64,000 nt of DNA, from positions 5,766,001 through 5,830,000 of the forward strand of contig OZ024744.1 in assembly GCA_964016885.1 (NCBI GenBank), in the 5' to 3' direction. The first letter of the stretch is position 1, and each line of letters starts with the position of its first letter. This document shows, piece after piece, positions 1 through 10,640 of the stretch. The notes under the pieces are model-generated. The model was not told the origin of the DNA. It searched no databases and saw nothing but the letters and a program-made list of their open reading frames with translations. Made by a program: the position numbers and the translations under genes. Source of the DNA: Eledone cirrhosa. Lineage: Eukaryota.

Positions 1-2
1 TT

Positions 3-1242
3 AGCATTGCAGGCGACATAGCTAACCTATTTATGGTATGGTGGGACAGTAGACTTAAACTTAAACTTAAAGAACAATTAGAAGACCCTCAACCCTGATA
101 ATGAACTCCCGCTACGTTGATGATATAAACATCGTCGTAAAAACACCCCCACTAGAGAACAGTCAGGAATTAGAGAAAAACACAATGGAAAGCATCCAGC
201 AAATAGCTAACATCATCCACCAGAGTATTAGAGTTACTATAGACTACCCAAGCAAACACCCTAACCATCGATTACCTGTACTAGACACAGAGCTCTGGTT
301 AGATACCATTAATAACAAAAAACAAATCCTCCATTCCCATTATGCCAAACCCATGACTTCCAAATATCTGATCCACCGAAACTCAGCTGTTTTGGACCAT
401 ACCAAAATCAACATACTGATTGCGGATTTGGTACGAGTGATGAGAAACATGTCCCGTATATGCAACCCTGAAGAACTAGAGAGACACATACAACACTTCA
501 TCCACCGTATGCAGTTATCTGGTTACAATCAGAGAGATAAAATCAGAGTATATAGAGGAGCCAGAACCAAATGGGAAAAAATGGTAAATAATGACACAAA
601 TGGGACCTGCCCCTTGTATAGGAGCAAATTTTGGAATAGAATAGAAAGAACTAGGAATAAGGTTAATAGAATAAACTGATGGTATGATAGCAATAAATAC
701 CAGAGTGTAATGTTCATCGATACAAGCCCTAGAGGTGAATTATCTTACAAATTTAGAGGGCCCTAGATAAACATAAACTCAATATTAAGATAGTAGAAAG
801 ACCATGTACCTCCATAAAAAGACTTATTAGCAATACATACCCTTTTCAAAGACCTCCCTGTATAGATAATACATGTATAATCTGTAAATTAAGCCTCCAT
901 ATTAACTGTAAAACTAGAAATGTAGTATATAGCATAAGATGTACTGAAGGACAATTTAAAGATAAAAATATAGTGTACATAGGTGAGACAGCTCGTAGTA
1001 TAGGGGAACGGATAAATGAACACTGGCGAGACCTTCAAGATGGTAAAGAATCGTCTGTACTCTACCAACATGCTAAAATAGAACATACGGGTAAATTAGA
1101 GAACATAGAAATAAAAATAGAATCTACACACAGAAAAGACGCAATGTTTAGACAAATCACAGAGGCAATAAACATAAATGAACTCCAAACAAAATTAAAT
1201 AGAAAACAAGAATGGAACAGCAACATCACAACTTACAATTAA
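3..1242 (+). pseudogene. Disrupted PLE RT/GIY-YIG polyprotein
   Basis: Frameshift near nt 95, in-frame TGA at 677-679 (Ser in the sister copy), and a stop/frameshift near 765. The pieces join into one protein collinear with the copy at 4995-5962. Confidence 0.9.
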
Positions 1243-1443
1243 GGACAAAATGAAAACACACACGCACATAGAACAAACAACCAACCAGTAACATGCAAAT
1301 AAACAAATAAATAAATGAATATAAACACACGCGGACACCCGGATGTAACACATGCGCAAACTAAGCACACAACACACACAAAAAAACAAGATGTCGTAGG
1401 ACAGAACAAAGGAGAGGCACAAAAACAAAGAAAAGAATCCTCA

Positions 1444-1486
1444 GTCACTGAAGAGGTCACAGAAAGTGTCACGAAATTTCTTTGAC
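1444..1486 (+). ncRNA. Type I minimal hammerhead ribozyme, degenerate (PLE family A pLTR)
   Basis: GTCA-CTGAAGA-G-GTCACAGAAAGTGTCAC-GAAA-TTTCTT-TGAC. Stems II and III carry mismatches relative to the 6512 copy. Confidence 0.7.
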
Positions 1487-1692
1487 AATATATAAACAAT
1501 CATCTGGTTATGGAACCAACCAACTGGAAATTTATAAATTCCTAAATTTATAAATTTATTATAATAAATTGAAGTGAAAGCAACTGGTGCGTGTGTTTCT
1601 TATTGGCAACATAACCCTCCCAAAGTATAACAATATCGGTTTCAACACACGTTTTCAGATAAAGTATCTTGCTAAACAAATTCAGAAACGAA

Positions 1693-1712
1693 ATATATAT
1701 ATATATATATAT
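1693..1712. repeat. (TA)n microsatellite
   Basis: Direct reading. Confidence 0.95.
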
Positions 1713-1941
1713 TGAAGGATGAGTATTTAAACTTTATTTTATTCAGAGTTAAGGCTCTATTGATTTTTCCATGGATTTCACAAAATTCTATGGATAAATC
1801 TATGTATTGATTTTTTTGTAATTGAGTTTGAATTATTTTCCCACATCTTACGTTAAATATTTTCCATTTTGACCTTATAGTCACTTATATATTATGAAAT
1901 ACTGTTGGCTTCACGCTCACAATAATTTCTATACTTTCATT

Positions 1942-1964
1942 TATATATATATATATATATATAT
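1942..1964. repeat. (TA)n microsatellite
   Basis: Direct reading. Confidence 0.9.
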
Positions 1965-2444
1965 GCAAAAGTTTTATTTAAAATTGTTGGGTTACAACGA
2001 GTAAATATTTTAGTTCAATATTCCTTGTCTTGCTCTCTGGAGAATAGAGGAAAGGCGTTTCCTCGAAAACCAGTATGACTCTAAAAACCGGTTTGTCTGT
2101 GTGTTTACATACAGAATAGCTGGGTTGCTCACAGTAAAGTAACCAGTGAAAGACTTGGTACATCTACATATGTATACGTGTGTGTATTCATATGCATACT
2201 AGTATTTCAGTATGCATATGTAGATGTACATTTTTAACTTAATTGTTTAAGCGTCAGTCATACAAAAGTGAGTTACAAACTAAGCGAAATTTAATTTCGT
2301 TTCGTTATTTGTTTTTATCGTCTCCGCTGAACCGGTGCGTACTCACACTCTATGCAAATTAGTCTGCCCACTACTAATTTTCATAGAAAAAGCATATAAC
2401 GATATGTGCTTTTACGATTCTCCAGAAAGGCCGGTAGATAGGTA

Positions 2445-2489
2445 AATATTGCTGATGAGTTGTAACAACAACGAAACTAGTTCAATATT
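2445..2489 (+). ncRNA. Type I minimal hammerhead ribozyme
   Basis: Stem I AATATTG/CAATATT, core CTGATGA, stem II GTTG-taacaa-CAAC, GAAA, palindromic stem III ACTAGT. Predicted cut after GUU (nt 2482). Confidence 0.9.
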
Positions 2490-2911
2490 CCTTGTCTGGC
2501 TTTCTGGAGAATAGAGGAAAAGCGTTTCCTCGAAAACCAGTATGACTCTAAAAACCGGTTTGTCTGTGTGTTTACATACAGAATAGCTGGGTTGCTCACA
2601 GTAAAGTAACCAGTGAAAGACTTGGTACATCTACATATGTATACGTGTGTGTATTCATATGCATACTAGTATTTCAGTATGCATATGTAGATGTACATTT
2701 TTAACTTAATTGTTTAAGCGTCAGTCATACAAAAGTGAGTTACAAACGAAGCGAAATTTAATTTCGTTTCGTTATTTGTTTTTATCGTCTCCGCTGAACC
2801 GGTGCGTACTCACACTCTATGCAAATTAGTCTGCCCACTACTAATTTTCATAGAAAAAGCATATAACGATATGTGCTTTTACGATTCTCCAGATAGGCCG
2901 GTAGATAGGTA

Positions 2912-2956
2912 AATATTGCTGATGAGTTGTAACAACAACGAAACTAGTTCAATATT
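2912..2956 (+). ncRNA. Type I minimal hammerhead ribozyme (identical second copy)
   Basis: Same sequence as 2445-2489, 467 nt downstream. Confidence 0.9.
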
Positions 2957-3178
2957 CCTTGTCTGGCTTTCTGGAGAATAGAGGAAAGGCGTTTCCTCGA
3001 AAACCAGTATGACTCTAAAAACCGGTTTGTCTGTGTGTTTACATACAGAATAGCTGGGTTGCTCACAGTAAAGTAACCAGTGAAAGACTTGGTACATCTA
3101 CATATGTATACGTGTGTGTATTCATATGCATACTAGTATTTCAGTATGCATATGTAGATGTACATTTTTAACTTAATT

Positions 3179-3181
<3 letters not shown>

Positions 3182-3238
<57 letters not shown>
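3182..3238. repeat. (TA)n microsatellite
   Basis: Direct reading. Confidence 0.95.
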
Positions 3239-3242
<4 letters not shown>

Positions 3243-3249
3243 TAAAATA

Positions 3250-3325
3250 ACAGATTAAAGTTTAAGCAAAGAATCGCTGCTTTCACCCTTAACGGGATCT
3301 TCTGAAACTAACAAAGTCAATCTGT
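3250..3325 (-). ncRNA. Type I hammerhead-like RNA with variant core (CAGAAGA), in a PLE family B pLTR fragment (about 3236-3402)
   Basis: Minus strand reads ACAGATTGA-ctttgtt-AGTTT-CAGAAGA-tCCCgttaaGGGt-GAA-AGCAGcgattctTTGCT-T-AAACT-TTAATCTGT. All three stems pair. Confidence 0.7.
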
Positions 3326-3399
3326 AAACGCAGAACTGGATATTTCAAAAAACGTTGCAACCGGAGGAAGACAGGAAGACGATACTTTGGTTCGTGGTA

Positions 3400-3402
<3 letters not shown>

Positions 3403-3440
<38 letters not shown>
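3403..3440. repeat. (TA)n microsatellite
   Basis: Direct reading. Confidence 0.95.
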
Positions 3441-3445
<5 letters not shown>

Positions 3446-3550
3446 TCAGGTTATCAATAATGTGGTGATAATATATCGTCACGTCAGAGATGAACAGCGT
3501 ACGTGTAGGTTTGCTCAACGAGTATAAATTATATTCCGGAGAAAATGTAG

Positions 3551-4346
3551 AAATGATGAATATAAAATGAAAGTGCTTTTTTTAAAAAAGGAATTTATTA
3601 GGTATTGACATATATTTCTGTAACAGACGGAATACCTATGTATCGCTGCTTGCGTAATCATATAATGTTAGCAAGTATTCGATAGCAAATGTATAATCAG
3701 TTGTCACTTCTTCAGAGATATTGGATAAATTGGAAAAAATCAGAAAAATTGAAGTATTTATATTAGTTGTAATAAAGGAAGAAGAGAGGGGATAGTATAT
3801 GACAGATGGCAATTCAATTTACTGGTAAACAAGTTTATAAAGGGTTTCTAATGAGAATACAATGAGTATATGGTTTATTTTATCTAAATAAGAATTTTTG
3901 GGCGTGCCTATTTTAATCTATACTTGACCAATTGAACAATGGACAGGGCTGGTCGTTTGGTGTTGTAGTATTAATTATAAAGTGTCAAATAAGGAACTCC
4001 CAAAAATTCTTATTTAGATAAAATAAACCATATACTCACTGTATTCTCATTAGAAACCCTTTATAAACTTGTTTACCAGTAAATTGAATTGCCATCTGTC
4101 ATATATTATCCCTTCTCTTCTTCCCTTATTACAACTAATATAAATACTTCAATTTTTCTGATTTTTTCCAATGTATCCAATATCTCTGAAGAAGTGACAA
4201 CTGATTATACATTTGCTATCGAATACTTGCTAACATTATATGATTACGCAAGCAGCGATACATAGGTATTCCGCCTGTTACAGAAACATATGTCAATACC
4301 TAATAAATTCCTTTTTTAAAAAAAGCACTTTCATTTTATATTCATC

Positions 4347-4350
<4 letters not shown>
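3551..4350. repeat. Long inverted repeat (arms 3551-3902 and 3999-4350, about 96-bp spacer)
   Basis: Arms are reverse complements with only a handful of substitutions (AAATGATGAA...GAATTTTTGGG / CCCAAAAATTC...TTCATCATTT). Confidence 0.95.
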
Positions 4351-4444
<94 letters not shown>

Positions 4445-4480
4445 GTATATACCTACATATATATACATATATATATATAT
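4351..4480. repeat. (TA)n microsatellite, imperfect at right end
   Basis: Direct reading. Confidence 0.95.
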
Positions 4481-4734
4481 AACGGCGATGAATTTGTTTT
4501 GCAATGTTTTTGATATGAAATCGTGTCAAAACAAATATATATATACTTGGGGAGGGTCATATTGTTGTAATAATATTGCCAGAAATAATAACAGAACACA
4601 CTCACTGTTTGGTTGGTTTTCGCTTCGGTATCTTTTATCTTTTATAACTCCACAGTTAATTTATTCGGTCTTCAATGTTTATCATTGACTGACCAACGGT
4701 CAAAAATATAGATATAAATACATATATATAGTCT

Positions 4735-4776
4735 AACAAAGTTCTTTCGTTGCACATCTGCAACATTATCAGTGGC
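4735..4776 (-). ncRNA. Type I minimal hammerhead ribozyme, degenerate core
   Basis: Minus strand GCCA-CTGATAA-T-GTTGCA-gatg-TGCAAC-GAAA-GAACTT-TGTT. Stem II is perfect, the core has G8>A, and stem I is weak. Confidence 0.7.
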
Positions 4777-4994
4777 AGTATTATGTTCCTCCTGTTGTAT
4801 TGTATATCTACGCCATCTTTATTTTATCTGTTTATTTATTTATTTATTTATTTATTTATTTTTGTCTTCTTCTCTGCGCATGCGTTTGCGTGTGTGTATA
4901 GTGTTTGGTGTGTGTTTATATGTGTTTGCTGTTATTGTGCGTGTGTATGTATTTATTTATTTATTTACATTTCTCGTGGGTCAGTATTGTTTGT

Positions 4995-5962
4995 TTAGGT
5001 GTTGTTGTTATTCCATTCATTCTTTCTGTTTAGCCTTGGCTTTCTAAGTTCTATTTCGCTGGCCTCTCTGATTTGCCTATCTGCTGGGTCATTTCTATGT
5101 TTAAATATTATTCTAATTTCTATGTTGTCTATGTTACCGTCGTGTTGTTTTCTGGCGTGTTCGTATAGTACTGAATCGTTTTTTGTCCTTTTAATTCCCC
5201 CCAGTTTTGGTCTATTCTTTCTCCTATGCTTCGAGCTGTCTCGCCTATCTATGTTGTTGTCATGTTTCTGCAAGTACCCTCTGTACATCTTATGCTATAG
5301 ACTACATTTCTAGTTTTACAGTTTATCCGGGGGTTTACTTTACATATGATACATTTCCTATTAGTACAGTGGGTTTTCTTAAAAGGGTATTTCTCAGGGC
5401 CTTTCTACATTGGTTAGCTAATTTCCCTCCAGGGCTAACGTCCACGAACATGACACTCTGGTATCTCTGGTTGTCGTACCATGAGGTGGCTTTCCCTATC
5501 TTATGTCTAGCCCTATGTAAGCTATTCCATGATTTGCTCCTGTATAATGGGCAAATTCCTTTCATGTCCAGTTCTATGAGGGTCTTATACTTCTCCGTGG
5601 CTCCTTTGTATACTCTGACTCTGTCTCTTTGGTTGTAGCCAGAGAACTGCATGCGGTTGATGAAGTGTTGGATGTGTCTTTCCATTTCTGTTGGGTCGCA
5701 CATGCGGGACACATTCTTCATCACTCGTACCAAGTCTGGGATCAGAATATTAAACTTAGCACTACTGGACATTGCTAGGTTTTTGAGTATCAGGTACTTG
5801 GAGGACATGGGTTTAGCGTAGGGTGAGTGGAGAATTTGGGCCCTCTCGTCTATAGTGTTAATCCAGAGTGCCGTCTCTAATAAAGGTAGTCTATTGTTAG
5901 GGTGTTTGGAAGGGTAGTCAATAGTTACAGTTATACTCTGGTATAAGGAGTTAGCTATCTGA
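4995..5962 (-). pseudogene. Disrupted PLE RT-thumb/GIY-YIG coding remnant
   Basis: ORFs 5335-5808 and 4995-5288 are frameshifted pieces; part of the Cys linker is deleted. Confidence 0.88.
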
Positions 5963-6370
5963 CAGAAGATCCCGTTAAGGGTGAAAGCAGCGATCCTTTG
6001 CTTAAACTTTAATCTGTTATTTTAATAAATATTTGCTCTACGGTTCTTATATATTTGCTATATATTTATCCTTATCGAGCCCTCTTTGGATTTTAGTCTT
6101 CAAATTTATTATTATTACTATTTGTCTCCCTCGGTTGAGCACTATATCGACTTATATTCATCATGCAGAAACACCATCTGAATACTTCTCCAAAGAACAT
6201 ACCCGTATCAAGTAGGAAAACATACCTAAAACTCCTGATACAGAAAACAGACGCGTTCATTAACAGGTTGCGTTGGCATGCCTTTTATTTCGATAATCAA
6301 GGAAAAGCAGACAACAAACAGGATAAATTTGGGTTTAAAACCTATAACAACCCTCCGGTTGAGTTCATAA
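5963..6370 (+). mobile_element. PLE family B 5' fragment: truncated HHR-bearing pLTR plus start of ORF
   Basis: 5963-6032 is the near-exact reverse complement of about 3236-3304. The ORF from ATG 6163 (SPKNIPVSSRKTYLKLLIQKTDAFINRLRWHAFYF...FGFKTYNNPP) resembles, from memory, the N-terminus of invertebrate PLE ORFs (possibly Naiad group). Confidence 0.65.
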
Positions 6371-6824
<454 letters not shown>

Positions 6825-7494
6825 GTGTGTGTATGTGTGTCTAAATAAATGGCTACATGTGGGTAATGAAATGTGTTTATCATATAAACCCTTTCATAAC
6901 AATAGCTGTCAAAACCAAAAGTAAGTGTAAAATTACACACACATGTACACCATGTCCGACCACAGGAACCAAACTGCCACTTTTATCGCTTCCGTCTCTC
7001 CCACCTTCCCCATCTCAGACTATTATGAACAAATGGGGTCCCACGCGCTGGCCGCCTCGGTGTTTCCTCGGAGGATGGTGAGCGAAACGCACTGAAAGAA
7101 CCATTCCATATGACGTTTTTTGTAACTCTATGTTCCTCTGTCATAAATCGCTGAACTTTGTTTAAAAATAATGAAAAAGACATCAATTTGTTTTATATCT
7201 TGCGAAAGATCATCCAGAACCGAGAATTCAATTTTACCATATACGCCATAAGCGTAAAAAATTAAAATATTTCAGCAGCTTTATTTTTCAATTTACGAAT
7301 GACGTAATTGGATAGTATTTATCTATTTTTAATGGATTTAACAGTTTATAGCTATAGCATAACATATAAACTTAGAAATAAGCAAAAGTTGCAAACTTAC
7401 ATATACAATCAGAAACTAAAATCTACATATAAGTATAGATATATAAAGAAAAAGAATGTAGAATATTTAGCATAATTATAGCATAATATACAAT

Positions 7495-8169
7495 TATTGT
7501 GTTTTCTTAGACAAAATAAATCTATGCTGAACTTCATCTTTCTTTTAATAGACGTCATAAAGATCTTGAAGGCACTTGATTGCCCGTTCTTCACACTGAT
7601 TTGTTCTGGGAATTTTGAGTCTTGATGGTTCTGGATTCCAAAACATTTTCACAGAGTTTAATGCTTTTTTGAGAGCCTTTAAGCTGCTTTATAGCTTCTG
7701 ATAATCATCTGTATTGCAGATTTGGTCAGTAAACCAATGGTCCACCAATATGTAAGAGATGAATCTACAAATTACGAGTAGCAAATCTCTTTTCTCTGGT
7801 AGAAGAATACAACCAAAGAGTTAGTATTGCTCTACAATTCCATCTGGCATTCCTCAAGTTTGGTATTTTGTGAAACTTCACTTTAGGAAATCTAGTTTCT
7901 TTGAAAAAGCGGAAAACTTGAGTTAAAGGAAATAGAAAGTTCACATCATCTCACCATCCGGCTGTTTCAGTAATCTCTTCTTTACCATTCTTGAAATTCT
8001 TCTTGATAAGTTCATAGATAACAAGTTCATAGATAAACGGATATTCGATATTAGGTGATGTGTTCCTTCCGCCAAGTTTGTCATCCATTACTATGTGAAA
8101 CACTCGGTCAAGAACATGATGTTGAAAGCCAATGAATTGTGGTTCTTCCAGTTTCTTTTGAGCAAATAG

Positions 8170-8260
<91 letters not shown>

Positions 8261-8775
8261 GAGAATCCTATTCCTGATCCCAGTGTTCATATTCATAATG
8301 TTCGCCATAATTATTTTAATACTCTTCTATAAACTGTATTCATCCAGAACAGTATCCGCTATTCCATTTGGTAGACCTAATGCTTCTAACTTAACTTCAA
8401 GCCTTATGTTCTTTAAAACGAACACTTGATATCCTTGACCACCAATTCGTTTACCATTAAAATGTAATGACCAATTCTCTACATGTAGTGTTTTCTTCAT
8501 TTCATCTTTAACTTTAATAGCTTCTTTAATAGTAGATCTATAAATATCAGATTGGTAAGATGTCTCAATATCAATACTTTCTTGAGATAACTGCTGACAA
8601 AAGTTTGCTGCTTTGCTGGTTGATAAGTTTGAAGATGTTACTAATTTGGTAGCAGATCCTTCGGACTCTTTTTATTCACTCTCTGATTGGCTCTCTGATT
8701 CGGAAGTTGAAGTTGTTGTTGGTAGCTCCAAGATCACATTTCTTCTTTTGGATAGATAACTAGTTTTGGAACTCT
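7495..8775 (-). pseudogene. Decayed DDE transposase, catalytic portion (hAT superfamily, hATm-like)
   Basis: Minus-strand translation gives WSLHFNGK (cf. HWDGK), NIMNMNTG (cf. DTTxxNTG), PQFIGFQHHVLDR (cf. CxHH), GW*DD, NARWN and PRTNQCEERAIK (cf. NxxAERxxK), in the expected order. Several stops and frameshifts. Subfamily assigned from remembered motifs. Confidence 0.8.
8171..8258. repeat. (CA)n microsatellite inside the transposase remnant
   Basis: Direct reading. Confidence 0.95.
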
Positions 8776-9960
8776 CAGTCTTTCCAGTTATATAACAGTA
8801 TATCCAACTCTCTTTCCAGTTATATGTTAACAGTATATTCAACAGTTTTTCCAGTTATATAACAGTATATTCAACAGTCTTTCCAGTTATATAACAGTAT
8901 ATTCAACAGTCTTTCCAGTTATATAACAGTATTTCAACAGTCTTTGCAGTTATATAACAGTATATTCAAAAGTATTTCCAATAATGTAACAGTATATTCA
9001 ACAGTCTTTCCAGTTATATAACAGTATATTCAACAGTCTTTGCAGTTATATAACAGTATATCCAACACTCTTTCCAGTTATATAACAGTATATTCAACAG
9101 TCTTTCCAGTTATATGTTAAGAGTATATCCAACAGTCTTTCCAGTTATATAACAGTATATATACAGTCTATCCAGTTATATAACAGTATATTCAACAGTC
9201 TTTCCAGTTATATAACAGTATATCCAACAGTCTTTCCAGTTATATGTTAACAGTATATCCAACAGTCATTCCAGTTATATGTTAACAGTATATCCAACAT
9301 TCATTCCAGTTATATGTTAACAGTATATCCAACAGACTATCCAGTTATATAACAGTATATCCAACAGTCATTCCAGTTATATGTTAACAGTATATCCAAC
9401 AGTCATTCCAGTTATATGTTAACAGTATATCCAACAGACTATCCAGTTATATAACAGTATATCCAACAGTCTATCCAGTTATATAACAGTATATTCAACA
9501 GTCTTTCCAGTTATATGTTAACAGTATATCCAACAGTCTTTCCAGTTATATAACAGTATATCCAACAGTCTTTCCAGTTATAAGTTAACAGTATATCCAA
9601 CAGTCTTTCCAGTTATAAGTTAACAGTATATCCAACAGTCTTTCCAGTTATTTGTTAACAGTATATTCAAGTCTTTCCAATTATATAACAATATTTCCAA
9701 CAGTCTTTCCAGTTATATAACAGTATATTCAACAGTCTTTCCAGTTATATGTTAACAGTATATTCAACAGCTATTCCAGTTATATGTTAACAGTATATCC
9801 AACACTCTTTCCAGTTATATGTTAACAGTATTTCCAACAGTCTTTCCAGTAATATGTTAACAGTATATTCAACAGTCTTTCCAGTTGTATAACAATATAT
9901 CCAACACGTTTTCCAGTTATATGTTAACAGTATTTCCAACAGTCTTTCCAGTTATATCAT
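8776..9960 (-). repeat. 35/32-bp satellite, reverse orientation (about 1.2 kb)
   Basis: Tandem CAGTCTTTCCAGTTATAT(GTT)AACAGTATATCCAA, the reverse complement of the large array. Confidence 0.97.
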
Positions 9961-9968
9961 ACTTTGGC

Positions 9969-10049
9969 TTTCTGCAGCGTTCTAGGACTTTTTGAAGCCT
10001 TCTAGAACTTTCTGAAAACGTATGACGTACATTTTGTGGGATTATATAA
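9969..10049 (+). promoter_or_regulatory. Putative transposase promoter: heat-shock-element-like array, CRE-like TGACGTA, TATA box
   Basis: cTTCtaGAActTTCt at 9999-10013 within a 10-bp-periodic TTC series; TGACGTA at 10023; TATATAA at 10043; ATG at 10231. Confidence 0.45.
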
Positions 10050-10230
10050 GCGTGAGCTCTTGTTGGCTTGTCATTTAGATAAGGCGAAAGGGAAATGTGT
10101 GTTGTGTTTTTGAGATGAAATATTCTTCTCTCTTTCAGAGTATACAAATTTCCTGATTGAGAAGGCAAGCTGTTGATTTGCTGAAAGATTTGCAAGTATT
10201 CATTGTTAAGCATAATGTTTCATTTAAAAA

Positions 10231-10640
10231 ATGCATCTACTACTGAAAGAAACAAAATCTGTACGAAGAATCTCAAGACTTTTCAAGAAACACAGAAGAA
10301 AAGAAGAACTGTTCCACGACAACAATCACGGCAAAACAAAAGCAGGATTCCAGTCAAAATATAAATTGTTCCTTGCAACATCTATCAAGAGAAGGAAAGA
10401 CCGTATAAAAGAGATCGCTAAAGAAGTAACAATTTTATTGCAAAAGAAATTTAAATTCCCAAATTTATCAACTGGAGTCATACAAGACAAAATTAGATCA
10501 AGTGTTAAACTCCGGATGACTGTCTGAAAAGTATTGTACATTGAATGGAATGTTTGACATCACAAACTAAAATGGTGAATGGCTGTGTAGTGAGACAGAC
10601 GATTATATCTTGAGATCAAAAGCAAAGAAAATGCTGGATA
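10231..10640 (+). pseudogene. Decayed N-terminal part of the same transposase type
   Basis: IAKEVTILLQKKFKFPNLSTGVIQDKI...FDITKLNGEWLCSE..RRLYL..KSKENAGYT, with stops and frameshifts. It ends in the same satellite from which the C-terminal half emerges. Confidence 0.65.

Larger units (their letters stand above)
1..1692 (+). mobile_element. Penelope-like retroelement (family A, copy 1), 5' part outside window; RT C-terminus, Cys-rich linker, GIY-YIG endonuclease, 3' pseudo-LTR
   Basis: RT motifs SIAGDIANLFMVWWD (from nt 3) and RYVDD, Cys linker CIDNTCIIC..C, then NVVY...YIGET...R..EH...EA..I...LN. Followed by an A/C-rich UTR, an HHR motif and (TA)n. Confidence 0.92.
2001..3182 (+). mobile_element. 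467-bp tandem array (about 2.5 near-identical units) delimited by hammerhead ribozymes; retrozyme-like non-autonomous retroelement or tandem PLE pLTR
   Basis: TAGTTCAATATTCC recurs at 2011, 2478 and 2945 (period 467). An HHR sits at each internal unit boundary. No credible ORF; the array ends in (TA)n. Confidence 0.8.
4481..5962 (-). mobile_element. Penelope-like retroelement (family A, divergent copy 2), 5'-truncated
   Basis: Translates to QIANSLYQSITVTIDYPSKHPNNRLPLL...YAKPMSSKY...IQHFINRMQFSGYNQRD...SVLYEHA...RQIREASEI..KPRLN, collinear with copy 1. The 3' UTR, HHR and terminal motif follow. Confidence 0.92.

Noticed and set aside
677-679. In-frame TGA as selenocysteine or read-through in the PLE ORF
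   Set aside because: It aligns to Ser in the sister copy (TCA>TGA), not Cys, and the element has other disabling lesions.
2037-2072. CTGGAGAATA-GAGGAAA-ggcg-TTTCCTC-GAAAACCAG as a second ribozyme in the 467-bp unit
   Set aside because: A hairpin followed by GAAA is present, but there is no CUGANGA core or stem III/NUH. It is only a stem with a purine-rich internal loop.
1978-3097. Three similar 61-72 aa minus-strand ORFs (MYQVFHWLL...)
   Set aside because: They are copies of the non-coding tandem unit, antisense to the ribozyme, with no recognisable domain.
4186-4240. CTGAAGAAG...GAATAC in the foldback arm as a hammerhead
   Set aside because: Stem II has several mismatches, GAAA is altered, and there is no convincing stem I or III.
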